From Alteromonadaceae bacterium (GTDB lineage: Bacteria > Pseudomonadota > Gammaproteobacteria > Enterobacterales > Alteromonadaceae), in contig DAINNQ010000001.1 in the NCBI GenBank assembly GCA_036735825.1, positions 1 to 45,191 of the forward strand: a DNA stretch of 45,191 nucleotides, given 5' to 3'. Of the stretch, positions 29,683-39,622 are shown piece after piece. How positions within the stretch are numbered: the first letter of the stretch is position 1; each line of letters opens with the position of its first letter. The notes beneath the pieces were generated by a model. The model ran no database searches and had not been told where the DNA came from. It saw nothing but the letters and a program-made list of their open reading frames with translations. The position numbers and the translations under genes are program-made.

Positions 29683-32343
29683 CTATTCCACAACTAAGCT
29701 GCGACCTGCGCGTTCGCCCGAGGCATTTCGAGCGCGAACTTTCACAGGGAGTGACACGGCTACGGGCTGCGAATATGACTGCCATTGTCCATCAGCTAAT
29801 TGATATTCTAATGGCAAGCCAGGTAACGAACTGTTGATATGGAGTTTATTGTCAATCAACTTAGCGCCAACAGTTGGCACACGATAAAACACACCGAGTT
29901 TATCTAATTTAATGAGCTCTTTTTGAGCAATGGCATTACCAAACGTTTGCCATTTAGCATCACGTTTTGCTTTGTGCTCATCAGTGAAAACCGACGTATC
30001 TTTATTATATATTGCTCCTGCCGCATTATAAGGCACGGACCAATCGGCGTGATGCCATGCACGCTCTGCCATCGCGATCATTCGAGGATATAACATGTAT
30101 TCCGCTTGGTTTTCACTACGAATAGTTTCACTCCAAATTTGCCCTTGAATACCCGCAACTTGATAGCCTTCAGGTAAAGGTTGATGAGTTATTTTTCCGC
30201 TATCGTCTTTTTGAACCGTATCATTCATTTCAAAAGGCTGCCCTGAAGTGTCGACACGAAATTCTGCGTGTAAAGGTAAATTATCAGGCATAAAGTTGAA
30301 AACGTTACGACTATCAATGCGACGGGACGCCCAATTATATCCGCGCTCTTTAGGGTCTACTTCATAGGGAAAATCAAAATAAAAGACATCAGGAATAGAA
30401 AGAACGACATTCCAACCACGATGTGCTTGTTCGCTAACCATTTTATGAGCGCCCCACGGTAATGCGCCCCAAATGTAGGAATACACATCTTTTGGCATAT
30501 TCTCAGCATGTGTTTCACCTAAGCCATCATTCCAACCGCCAACAGCGATGCCTTTAGCTACGATCATATTTGCAACGCGTTCAATAAAATGAGCGCCTAA
30601 ATGTTTAATATCGTTCACATCATTGGTTTTATCCACGACCAGTGCTTTACATGCTGGAGACTCCACCCAAGCGCCCGCAGTTTCATCCGCACCAATATGA
30701 TACATTTGCAATGGATGCTGCGCCTGTTTATGCATGGCGATTAAATCTTCTAATACGCGATCAACAAACGCATACGATGACTCTAAACAGACATTAATAG
30801 TATTGTCATTGTAGTTTTGAATGGATAAATATTCGGTTTTATCTTCATAATCAGACAATAAGTATTTAGTCGCTTCGGGTTCGTTTTCTTGTTCCATAAA
30901 ATGACGATATCTCGCATCCATCGCTTTAAGTGCCGCTCGAGAATGACCTGGCATATCAAGAGATGGGATCACCTGAATGTGATGACGAGAGGCATAAGCT
31001 AGAATATCGAGATAATCTTGTACGGTATAAAAACCATCGCGATCAGCTGCATCCGCACCACCTAATTGTGGCTGCATACACTGTTTGTCAGATAAATCCA
31101 AACAACGAGTTGCGCCTACAGCAGTGAGTTCTGGGAAACTTGGCAGTTCAATTCGCCAGCCTTCATCTTCCGCTAAATGCATATGCAGTTTATTTAACTT
31201 ATAGGCTGCCATTTGTTCAATTAAACGAAAAACCATGGCTTTGTCATGAAAGTTACGCGCAACATCTAAATGCTGTCCGCGATAACCGTATTTGGGCGCA
31301 TCGTTAATGGTGACATACGGCACTGATAAGCTTTCTAGGTCAAGCAAACTCGCCAGTGTTTGCACGCCATAAAACGCGCCCGCTTTATCAGAAGCTTTGA
31401 TAGTGATACCCGAATCATTAATGGTTAATTGATAAGCTTCTTTGTCAGTGATTTGTTTATCCAGCCCAATATTTACCGGCACACCGCTTTGCGAAGAAAC
31501 AACGCCTAATTTTGCTAAACGCTCAACAGCAGCACTGACATCATCAGCTATTAGACCTTTATAATTCAGCTGAATACCGTCAGCTAATAATACGGATTTT
31601 TGCGCATCATTCACTACTAATGATTTTGGTGTCGGGATCACGGTTGTTGCTAAATGTTCACGTTCTATCGCAATATCACTGTTATGCTCAAACAACCACT
31701 GGGCACTAGCGTATGAGTTTATATCATTGGGATTCGACTTAATTTGTTTGTCAATATTGTCGTAGGGCACAATCCAAGGGTTTTGCTCTAATTGAGATTC
31801 AGGATCAATCGTTGTTCTGGTGCTATCAATAACTGCCGCATTTACATGCTCGCCATCAATCCAATAGTTAGGCATCAACTGAGAATGTGTCAGAACAGTG
31901 GCAGCCATCCACACTTTTATTGATTGAGTTGCACCCGCTTTGAATCCTTTAAAAGTCTCGGTTGGTGTAATTCGATGAATATCACCATTATAAAACTGAA
32001 CAGCCAATGTGTCTGATTTACCTGCATAAATAGGATAAACCTGCGAGTAATAAATTTGCCAATCAGTAACAGGCACATCAGTTGGTGAAGTAAAATTTAT
32101 ATAGGCACTAAAACAATGTTTTACTTCTTTGCCGTCTTTGTCTGGGCAATCAGTTTCAAGATTACTCAGTACTTTATATTTTACATCTAATGTTTTCGCT
32201 AATAGATCTAACGATGGCTGATCTATAACGTTAAGTGTGGATGCATCTGCCACCATTGACGCTTGAGTATTGTTTTTTTGCTCGCAGCCAGATAACAGCG
32301 TTAATAAAGCACTACTGGCTAATACGATTGGAGATAATTTCAT
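29683..32343 (-). CDS. GH20 chitobiase / beta-N-acetylhexosaminidase, lipoprotein
   Basis: 886 aa, matching the size and architecture of Vibrio/Serratia-type chitobiases. The signal is lipoprotein-type (LTLLSGC). GH20 motifs LHMHLAEDEGWRIE and YHIGADETAG are present. Confidence 0.9.
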   Translation of the reverse strand: MKLSPIVLASSALLTLLSGCEQKNNTQASMVADASTLNVIDQPSLDLLAKTLDVKYKVLSNLETDCPDKDGKEVKHCFSAYINFTSPTDVPVTDWQIYYSQVYPIYAGKSDTLAVQFYNGDIHRITPTETFKGFKAGATQSIKVWMAATVLTHSQLMPNYWIDGEHVNAAVIDSTRTTIDPESQLEQNPWIVPYDNIDKQIKSNPNDINSYASAQWLFEHNSDIAIEREHLATTVIPTPKSLVVNDAQKSVLLADGIQLNYKGLIADDVSAAVERLAKLGVVSSQSGVPVNIGLDKQITDKEAYQLTINDSGITIKASDKAGAFYGVQTLASLLDLESLSVPYVTINDAPKYGYRGQHLDVARNFHDKAMVFRLIEQMAAYKLNKLHMHLAEDEGWRIELPSFPELTAVGATRCLDLSDKQCMQPQLGGADAADRDGFYTVQDYLDILAYASRHHIQVIPSLDMPGHSRAALKAMDARYRHFMEQENEPEATKYLLSDYEDKTEYLSIQNYNDNTINVCLESSYAFVDRVLEDLIAMHKQAQHPLQMYHIGADETAGAWVESPACKALVVDKTNDVNDIKHLGAHFIERVANMIVAKGIAVGGWNDGLGETHAENMPKDVYSYIWGALPWGAHKMVSEQAHRGWNVVLSIPDVFYFDFPYEVDPKERGYNWASRRIDSRNVFNFMPDNLPLHAEFRVDTSGQPFEMNDTVQKDDSGKITHQPLPEGYQVAGIQGQIWSETIRSENQAEYMLYPRMIAMAERAWHHADWSVPYNAAGAIYNKDTSVFTDEHKAKRDAKWQTFGNAIAQKELIKLDKLGVFYRVPTVGAKLIDNKLHINSSLPGLPLEYQLADGQWQSYSQPVAVSLPVKVRARNASGERAGRSLVVE

Positions 32344-32361
32344 GAATACCCTGACCTTTGA

Positions 32362-33624
32362 TTAAGCAGACTGCTCTGCCGATTGATTAAATAATTTAAT
32401 GGTTTTGTTAGTCACTAACGGTTTTGCCCAAAAGCCGATAGCAAAAATATACGCTAAGGTAATATAGACAACGATCATACCAACTCGTAAATCGCCACTG
32501 AGATCGGCAATCACACCAATTAATGGTGAGGCAAGACCACCACCTACAATGCCTGTACATAAAATACCCGCAAAAGAACCATGGTGATCAGCCAATGAAT
32601 TAAGCGCTAATGAAAAAATCACTGACCACATCACCGACAAGAAAAAACCTACCATAGGAAATGCTGTCACAGAAAGATCAGCCGAGCCAAATATGGCGCA
32701 CGTTAAAGCAATCATCGCCCCAGCAGAAAATAAGGTTAATACAAGTCGGCTATCAAAAAATTTCACCAAAACTAACCCTAACAAACAACCAATGGTAAGC
32801 ATTAACCAAAAGTCACTGACAGTACTTGCACCAACGGTAACAGGATCTAATCCATGATAGCGTTCTAAAAATATTGAGATGGCATTAGCAACACCTTGTT
32901 CAGTGCCTACATACGTGGCAATACCAATAAAAAATAAAATAACCGTTTTATTTTTTAACAGTTCACGATATATACTCAACGCGCCTACAGATTCATCATC
33001 TTTTAATTCAACTTTAGGCAGTTTGACCAAATAAATCAGTATGAGCATCAAAACGGAAACGGCTGCAAATATCCAATACATAGAAAGCCAGGTCATATCT
33101 GCAGGCACATTTTTACTAAAAAAACTCACCAATGCGGAAGATTCACCCGCTGCCATCGCTTGTACTACGTAGCTATAAACAATAGGGCTTAACGTTGCCG
33201 CGCCACCAAAAAGTAGCTGAGCTAACACAGAATAAAAAGCAAAATTTTCTTGCCCTCCTGATACTCGCAGCAAAGGATTGATAGCCACTTGTAGCATTGC
33301 CATGCCTGTACCAATGAAAAATAATGAGCCCATCGCCATAGCGAAACTTGGCATAAGTGCGAATAAAAACGAACCTATGGCAGACATCACAAAGGCAATG
33401 ATCATCACGGTTTTTTCGCCGTATTTGTCAACCAGCATACCTGATGGAATTGACATGACTCCGTAAGCCGCAAAAAACGAAAAAGGTAAAAAACCTGCTA
33501 CCGCTAAACTAATGTCAAAATCAGTGACTAATGAGGGAAATAATGGCCCCAAAATATTGGTAATAAATGAAATAGCGAAGAAAGTCACTAAGACTAAAAA
33601 CACCGCCGTTATGTTCGTTTTCAT
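32362..33624 (-). CDS. nagP: MFS sugar transporter (glucose/galactose-FucP subfamily); by context GlcNAc permease
   Basis: 420 aa with 12 predicted TM segments. The N-terminal pattern ITNILGPLFPSLVTDFDISLAVAGFLPFSFFAAYGVMSIPSGMLVDKYGEK is typical of FHS-type sugar:H+ symporters. It lies between nagX and the chitobiase gene. Confidence 0.8.
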   Translation of the reverse strand: MKTNITAVFLVLVTFFAISFITNILGPLFPSLVTDFDISLAVAGFLPFSFFAAYGVMSIPSGMLVDKYGEKTVMIIAFVMSAIGSFLFALMPSFAMAMGSLFFIGTGMAMLQVAINPLLRVSGGQENFAFYSVLAQLLFGGAATLSPIVYSYVVQAMAAGESSALVSFFSKNVPADMTWLSMYWIFAAVSVLMLILIYLVKLPKVELKDDESVGALSIYRELLKNKTVILFFIGIATYVGTEQGVANAISIFLERYHGLDPVTVGASTVSDFWLMLTIGCLLGLVLVKFFDSRLVLTLFSAGAMIALTCAIFGSADLSVTAFPMVGFFLSVMWSVIFSLALNSLADHHGSFAGILCTGIVGGGLASPLIGVIADLSGDLRVGMIVVYITLAYIFAIGFWAKPLVTNKTIKLFNQSAEQSA

Positions 33625-33741
33625 TATTTCTTCCTAATGATTTGTTATGGTTTTTGATCTAGCTATTTAAGTTATGTCATTAACGAGGTCTTTAGGCACT
33701 CTCATCTAAGACAAAAATCAGTAAGCTAAACCTCTTTTGAG

Positions 33742-34842
33742 TTAAATTTTTATAAATATCTTGCGTTGATAAAGCCATTTAGAAATCCACCAAAAAAAGG
33801 CGACATGACTAAAGGCAAAAACAAAGGACGCTAATTTATGAGGCATGATTTCTGACAAAGTTAAAAACATCCAGTTATGTAATTTCACGTCTCCAATCAT
33901 AAAAAAGTCGTAACTCGCTACCCAAACCCAAGAAAGCACGTAAATAAATAATGGATTTGTGCCATAAACCAGGAGCGGAGCAACAGGCTTTTCAAGTTGA
34001 CGTAAATCGATAATATAAACAAAAATGGCGAGTGTTAAACATGCAAAACCTGCGGTATAAATAACGTACGAGCTAGTCCATAACGCTTTATTTATAGGAA
34101 TGAAAAAATCTAATAATAAACCTGCCGCCAACCCGAGCACACCCAGTTGAATGAGTTTGAGCATAGACTCACGCTTATCTTCAATTTGGCTGATAAAGCG
34201 CGTAACTTCAAAGCCAAATAGCACGCTAACTATTGAAGGAACTGTGCTTAATAACCCTTCAGGGTCAAATGGTAGGCCAAAGCCACCATACATATGATTT
34301 GCCCCTAATATGGCAATATCTAACTGACGAACGAGATTATTTTCTAACTCATAGCCACCCGCCCCAACAGACGTCAAAATAACGTGATAAGCCCCTAAAA
34401 TCAGTACGGAAATAATTAATACGCCACGTTGATTAACCAAGCAGACAATGAATGCGGCAAAAATATAAGCAATACCAATACGCTGTAACACTCCCATCAC
34501 TCGCCAAGCATCAGGATCGCCTGTAAAGGGATATATATTCAGTAAAAAGCCGATTAAAAAGATTAAAAAACCGCGTTTTATTATTTTAAAAGAAAGTGCT
34601 GCATCTAAGGTGTAATTCTGCTTTTTAAAAGCAAAAAACATCGCGGAACCAACAATAAACATAAAGAATGGAAACACTAAATCTGTCGGTGTTAAACCAT
34701 GCCAGCTTGCGTGAAGCAGAGGCTCAAAAACATAAGACCAAGAACCTGGCGTATTCACCAGAATCATTAAAGCAATAGTCAATCCTCGTAAAGCATCTAA
34801 AGAAATATAACGCTGCACAATAATTTCCTTCAATTTAAACAT
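33742..34842 (-). CDS. nagX: NagX-type integral membrane protein (DUF1624/DUF5009, heparan-alpha-glucosaminide N-acetyltransferase-like)
   Basis: 366-aa polytopic protein. The family motif RYISLDALRGLTIALMILVNTPGSW…HASWHGLTPTDLVFPFFMFIVG is present. It is the first gene of the nag operon. Confidence 0.75.
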   Translation of the reverse strand: MFKLKEIIVQRYISLDALRGLTIALMILVNTPGSWSYVFEPLLHASWHGLTPTDLVFPFFMFIVGSAMFFAFKKQNYTLDAALSFKIIKRGFLIFLIGFLLNIYPFTGDPDAWRVMGVLQRIGIAYIFAAFIVCLVNQRGVLIISVLILGAYHVILTSVGAGGYELENNLVRQLDIAILGANHMYGGFGLPFDPEGLLSTVPSIVSVLFGFEVTRFISQIEDKRESMLKLIQLGVLGLAAGLLLDFFIPINKALWTSSYVIYTAGFACLTLAIFVYIIDLRQLEKPVAPLLVYGTNPLFIYVLSWVWVASYDFFMIGDVKLHNWMFLTLSEIMPHKLASFVFAFSHVAFFWWISKWLYQRKIFIKI

Positions 34843-34876
34843 AGTGATTCTAAACCGCAGAGTTTACGATAGTCAT

Positions 34877-34941
34877 CATATGCTCTGCTTTATGACGGGT
34901 TAGTAAAATCTACGTAATTTTAATCACTACATATGCTATGC
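34877..34941. promoter_or_regulatory. Pair of near-identical 12-nt direct repeats in the nagX / araC-type divergent promoter region
   Basis: CATATGCTCTGC (34877-34888) and CATATGCTATGC (34930-34941) match at 11 of 12 positions. Their starts are 53 nt apart, about five helical turns. They lie in the 174-nt intergenic region. Confidence 0.35.
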
Positions 34942-35016
34942 AAAACTACCTTACTGATACACTTTTCCACCTCATTATGATACTTTTCTATCAAACTGTT
35001 CACTTAAATTGCACCT

Positions 35017-35889
35017 ATGAAACTCATGTTTGAAAAAATATTGCCATCTGAAAGTTCATCGTGGCGATATTGGTTATATGAAACAGATAACTTAGAATTT
35101 AATTGGCATTATCATCCAGAGTATGAAATTGCCTTAACACTAAATAGTCAAGGGCAACGCTATGTAGGCGACAACATTCAAAGTTATGATGATCTCGACA
35201 TGGTATTTTTAGGGCCTCACTTACCGCATACTTGGTCTTCATCTCCTGCAGTGATCGGCAAAAAACAACAGGTTTTTGTAGCACAAATTCCTACAGGGTG
35301 GTTAGAAACTTTAGTGTTTGGCATGCCAGATCTTGCTGACTATAAAAGCTTATTAGAACAGTCACGTCGAGGTATAACTTTTAGCCGAGAAACCGTTAAA
35401 AAGACAGTGAAAATTTTTAAACGAATACAGAATGCCAGTGCTTCGCAGAGATTTATTGGGCTGATGGAGTTGTTGCAATTAATGGTCGATGACAAAAACA
35501 AAAAAATATTAGCCAGCGATAACTATTCTATTTCATTAACTTCAGATCCGTCGTCAGATAAATTGGACAAAGTTGTTCGCTACATTCATCAACATTACAC
35601 AACCAAATTACATGCTGATGATGTCGCTAAATTAGTGCACATGAGCACCAATCATTTCCACCGTTTTTTTAAACAGCGCACAGAACAAACGTTTACCGAA
35701 GTTGTAAACCAACTACGCATCAGCAAAGCGTGTTCTTTACTTATCAACTCACACATGCCCATTTCAACCATCAGCGACACCTGTGGATTTAACAACATCT
35801 CCAACTTTAATCGTCGGTTTTTACAATTTAAAAAAATGAAACCGAGTGAATTTAGACGAATTTATGTAGGGAAGGCAGTTGTGGTTTAA
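35017..35889 (+). CDS. AraC family transcriptional regulator (cupin sensor + dual HTH)
   Basis: 290-aa ORF. It has an N-terminal cupin-like segment (WHYHPEYEIALT…) and a C-terminal AraC HTH (…VAKLVHMSTNHFHRFFKQRTEQTFTEVVNQLRISKACSLL…ISDTCGFNNISNFNRRF). Confidence 0.9.
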   Translation: MKLMFEKILPSESSSWRYWLYETDNLEFNWHYHPEYEIALTLNSQGQRYVGDNIQSYDDLDMVFLGPHLPHTWSSSPAVIGKKQQVFVAQIPTGWLETLVFGMPDLADYKSLLEQSRRGITFSRETVKKTVKIFKRIQNASASQRFIGLMELLQLMVDDKNKKILASDNYSISLTSDPSSDKLDKVVRYIHQHYTTKLHADDVAKLVHMSTNHFHRFFKQRTEQTFTEVVNQLRISKACSLLINSHMPISTISDTCGFNNISNFNRRFLQFKKMKPSEFRRIYVGKAVVV

Positions 35890-35920
35890 GTTAAATAATC
35901 TAATCATTGAAGTTTATAAT

Positions 35921-36892
35921 TTAATGAAAAGAAGGCCACTTACTTTGCAAAATATTAGCTAAATTAGATTCATTCATCTCACAATAAGAATTATAATCAT
36001 TTAAAATTTTGCTTAAAGCTTCCTCAAATTCATTTGGTTTAATTACGATTATATTTTTCGGCAAATCAAGTTCACTAGCAATACCTTTAATGTAATCAGC
36101 AGATAATACTAAGACTGGCTTTCCTGTAGAAGCAAATTCAAATATAGGTAAACACACTGTTTCTTCAATTGAAGAAACGAACATAACATCGACAGCTTGA
36201 TAAAGGTTATTCATCTCTTGTCTGCTTTGATGGCCTATAAATTTAAATAAGGGTAATTCATTTTTCATATTTACAGCTGTGATAAATACACTCTCGAGTT
36301 TATCGAATAAACGCCAGTTTATTTCTTTGAAGAAACTATAATTTTTCTGAGGTAACTCTATAAATGCGTATGGAATCAAAGCTGTAAACTTACCTGACTT
36401 TGCACGAGGTAGGTAAGGAGGTGGTAAATGAACTCCTGGCCAACAAATTTCTGACTGACATGACCCAAATACTTTTTTAAAAGTCTTATGAACATATTCT
36501 GTTTGAAATATGAAAGTATTATTCATTACTAAAAAGTGCCGAATAATAAACCTAAAAGCTTTAAATCGTAAATCGTCTGCAGTTAAAATTTTAAGTTGAT
36601 GAAAATAGGTAAAACGAATACACAAAGGAATAATTAAATTAATATTTGAAAAAGAAAAGATAGTTGTTGCTTTATATTTTAGTACATACCACCCAACGAA
36701 AAGAATTGAAAAAAACATAGTAATAATACCATTCGTTTCAATAATGATATGTTTAAAGATTTTTGGAGATAAATTTAAAGATTTAGGACCTATAACAATT
36801 AGATTTTCAGGACAATCATAATCATCCACAAATCTTTCTACTATTTGCTTAGCTCCTCCAAGCTTACAAGATGTAGCGTTTACAATAATCAC
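35921..36892 (-). CDS. Glycosyltransferase (GT-B fold, GT4-like)
   Basis: 323-aa ORF. The C-terminal EX7E-type motif (SSIEETVCLPIFEFASTGKPVL) is typical of retaining GT-B transferases. It is very AT-rich and overlaps the upstream GT gene by 4 nt. Confidence 0.6.
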   Translation of the reverse strand: MIIVNATSCKLGGAKQIVERFVDDYDCPENLIVIGPKSLNLSPKIFKHIIIETNGIITMFFSILFVGWYVLKYKATTIFSFSNINLIIPLCIRFTYFHQLKILTADDLRFKAFRFIIRHFLVMNNTFIFQTEYVHKTFKKVFGSCQSEICWPGVHLPPPYLPRAKSGKFTALIPYAFIELPQKNYSFFKEINWRLFDKLESVFITAVNMKNELPLFKFIGHQSRQEMNNLYQAVDVMFVSSIEETVCLPIFEFASTGKPVLVLSADYIKGIASELDLPKNIIVIKPNEFEEALSKILNDYNSYCEMNESNLANILQSKWPSFH

Positions 36893-37965
36893 CCTTTTAC
36901 ACCTTCATTATTCCAAGGCGGGCAAGCATCTTTGTCAGACAATTGCTGAACAAAATAGCTTGCTCCTACTTCAGGTGTCAGTTGCGCCATAGCAATAGAT
37001 TTTATATCCTCCCTATTTAGTTTAAGGCAATATTCCACCGCATTTTTAATTTCTATGGCTGAAACATCCGATAAGATAACTCCTTGATTTTTTGCCACAA
37101 CAACATTCGCACCTGTTTTTTTAGAACATATTACAGGCGTTCCTTGCAATAACGCTTCATTAACTACCACTCCCCAGCCCTCATCACCTGTATTTGGTAA
37201 CAGCAATGATTCTGCACTACCAATAACTTCTAATACTTCTACCCTTGGCATATCTGATAATAACTCTACAAAATCTAATTCATGTTTAATTAAGAAGTTG
37301 CTGATAAATGATTTTAATGGACCGCCTCCAATAATTTTAACTTTAATATCAGCATCTTTGATTAACAGGCACATATTCAGAAGCTGTTTAATACCTTTTA
37401 GTTCAATCAAACGCCCGACAAATGTAACATACTGATATTCATTTGTTTTTTTCTTTCTTAAAGCTGGAGGAAACACAAAATAACCAAACTCACTAACTTT
37501 ACTTTTGTTGAAGCCAAGTTTTTTAAAATAACTAACCCCACTGCTTCCAATAGCAAATACTTGGCTTATTCTCGAGTTAAAAATTAAGGACAAACACTTC
37601 CTGATCAAAAATTTAATCTTCCCCTTGGACCCCATTAATGAAACTGCTTCAGAAACTATAATATTATTTTTTCTATAAAAGCTTGAAAGAAATAGCACAA
37701 AAGAAAGCATTGGATATGCAAAAAAACCAGAAAAACAATGAAATGTATCTTTTTGATTTGTCTTTAACTCCCTCAAGATATGATAAAATGAAGGTGCCAC
37801 AATAACTTTCACTTTATCACTATAACTAGATTGCCAATGCTGACTTTGGCGATGTTTATCTACCTTAGACATCACAATCAAAGTCACTTCATGTTTATTA
37901 GCAAGTGTTGAGATAAAGTCACATTGATGAGGGCTTAAAATGTTTTGCCAAAATACAAATTTCAT
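36889..37965 (-). CDS. Glycosyltransferase family 4
   Basis: 358-aa ORF. The motifs FVGRLIELKGIKQLL and the EX7E motif (GDEGWGVVVNEALLQGTPVICS) are present. It overlaps the wzy-like gene by 4 nt. Confidence 0.75.
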   Translation of the reverse strand: MKFVFWQNILSPHQCDFISTLANKHEVTLIVMSKVDKHRQSQHWQSSYSDKVKVIVAPSFYHILRELKTNQKDTFHCFSGFFAYPMLSFVLFLSSFYRKNNIIVSEAVSLMGSKGKIKFLIRKCLSLIFNSRISQVFAIGSSGVSYFKKLGFNKSKVSEFGYFVFPPALRKKKTNEYQYVTFVGRLIELKGIKQLLNMCLLIKDADIKVKIIGGGPLKSFISNFLIKHELDFVELLSDMPRVEVLEVIGSAESLLLPNTGDEGWGVVVNEALLQGTPVICSKKTGANVVVAKNQGVILSDVSAIEIKNAVEYCLKLNREDIKSIAMAQLTPEVGASYFVQQLSDKDACPPWNNEGVKG

Positions 37966-39113
37966 GAATTAGGCCTATAAATATGCCGACTTAGGTTTCC
38001 CATAATTAACCACGCAAAAATAGGCAGTGGATTACCAATATTAGAAATATAACCATCGCCAGCTGACATCGTCAAAATAGCAATAAAAATCAAATAGTTA
38101 GCCTTGTAATATTTATTGCCGTTTTTTAAAAGAAAAAAGCCTCTATACGCCATATAAAACAAAGCAAAAATAAACGCCCCACCACCTATAAAACCCGCAA
38201 AAGATAATATATCCGTATAAGCTAGTTCAGCAGGGTATCGCCCCCCAGATTCATTACCTGATAAGCCTTGACCTAATAAAGGCTTTTCACTTATTAAACG
38301 ATAGTGTATTTTAAAAATATGTTTTCTTGCATCATCAACTTCCATTTTATATTCACGTTGTTGAAAGTTTCCTTGAGAACCTATGTCTAGGGCATTCATA
38401 ATACCCAAAACCAATCCAAAACCAACAAAAACCAATAGGAATAATTTTACTTTTCTTTCTGCGACCAAATAAATTAATGTACACATAGCAATAGCTAACA
38501 TCGCCCCTCTACTTTGACTAAATAAGAAACAAAGTGCGCAACTAAAAATAATCCCAACAACTAACCAGCTTTTAAATTTAAAAGCACCACTAAATAATGT
38601 AGTGCTAAAAATCACTGCAATAACGGCTATAGACCCCATTCCATTAGGGTTTCCATAAATCCCTTTGAACCTCGTACCAAGCCAACCAAAAGATGAAAAT
38701 AAAGATAAAACACTAAACAAACATACGGTAATAGCCAACCACCCCATTGCTTTAGCCAATATCTCATCCGATATATTATTATTCGCAGGTATAGGTAAAA
38801 CAAATCCAAGAAGAAAAAGAACAATATAGCCAATTAGGTATTGAAGGCCTATCGCATCTAAATAAGGTGATGTAATCGTCGAATAACTTATAACAACTAT
38901 AAAAACACTTGCACACCATGAAATAATATTATTAGAAACAACAACGTGAGCTTTTCTAAAAATTAACATTATCGGTATTAAACTTAAAAACAACGGCCAT
39001 TTTAATAAGTTAGCTAAGCCAGTTATGGGGATTTGTTTATCCCATAAGCCAATGGAAAAACAACTAAGCATCACCAAAAAAAGGATCAAAAACTTATTAA
39101 TCTTAATAGTCAT
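37962..39113 (-). CDS. wzy: O-antigen polymerase/ligase family membrane protein (Wzy-like)
   Basis: 383 aa with roughly 10 TM segments. A Wzy_C-type loop motif is present (FSQSRGAMLAIAM). It sits between GT and acetyltransferase genes in a Wzx-dependent locus. Confidence 0.65.
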   Translation of the reverse strand: MTIKINKFLILFLVMLSCFSIGLWDKQIPITGLANLLKWPLFLSLIPIMLIFRKAHVVVSNNIISWCASVFIVVISYSTITSPYLDAIGLQYLIGYIVLFLLGFVLPIPANNNISDEILAKAMGWLAITVCLFSVLSLFSSFGWLGTRFKGIYGNPNGMGSIAVIAVIFSTTLFSGAFKFKSWLVVGIIFSCALCFLFSQSRGAMLAIAMCTLIYLVAERKVKLFLLVFVGFGLVLGIMNALDIGSQGNFQQREYKMEVDDARKHIFKIHYRLISEKPLLGQGLSGNESGGRYPAELAYTDILSFAGFIGGGAFIFALFYMAYRGFFLLKNGNKYYKANYLIFIAILTMSAGDGYISNIGNPLPIFAWLIMGNLSRHIYRPNS

Positions 39114-39622
39114 TTGCTGATAATTTTAGCGGGCACACCGCCAACAACTGAGCCTGGCTCAACTTCTCCTGTTACGACAGCACCAGCAGCCACAATAGCT
39201 CTATTACCAATTTTAGCACCCGCTATTATGGTTGCCGAAGCACCAATCCAACTACCTTTGTTGATTTCAATGGGTCTAGCTATACCAACACCAGCCGCTT
39301 TTTCATTATTTCCCAGCTCATGAGTTCCATTTACTATGGTTACGTTACTTGAAATATCAACATTGTGACCAATGTTAACTTCACTTCCTCCCATTAATAT
39401 TAAGCTTTTGTGACCTATAAAAGTATTATCCCCGATAATCAGTTGTCCTGTTCCCCAGATTTTACTACTCGATATGATTCGAACATTATTACCAACATCA
39501 ACTCCTGCCCAACGATACAAAATGGCCTTCAATGAATAACACCTCGTAGGAGGTAAAATGGAGCAAAAATGATTAACAAAATACAACTTAGTTGGTTGAA
39601 GCATAATCGACCTTACTAACAT
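39110..39622 (-). CDS. Hexapeptide-repeat (LbH) O-acetyltransferase
   Basis: 170 aa with imperfect hexapeptide repeats (IGDNTFIGHKSLI…, IGHNVDISSNVTI, IGASATIIAGAKIGNRAIVAAGAVV). The C-terminal GGVPAKII is present. The start may be the internal MLQPTKL (39604). Confidence 0.8.
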   Translation of the reverse strand: MLVRSIMLQPTKLYFVNHFCSILPPTRCYSLKAILYRWAGVDVGNNVRIISSSKIWGTGQLIIGDNTFIGHKSLILMGGSEVNIGHNVDISSNVTIVNGTHELGNNEKAAGVGIARPIEINKGSWIGASATIIAGAKIGNRAIVAAGAVVTGEVEPGSVVGGVPAKIISK

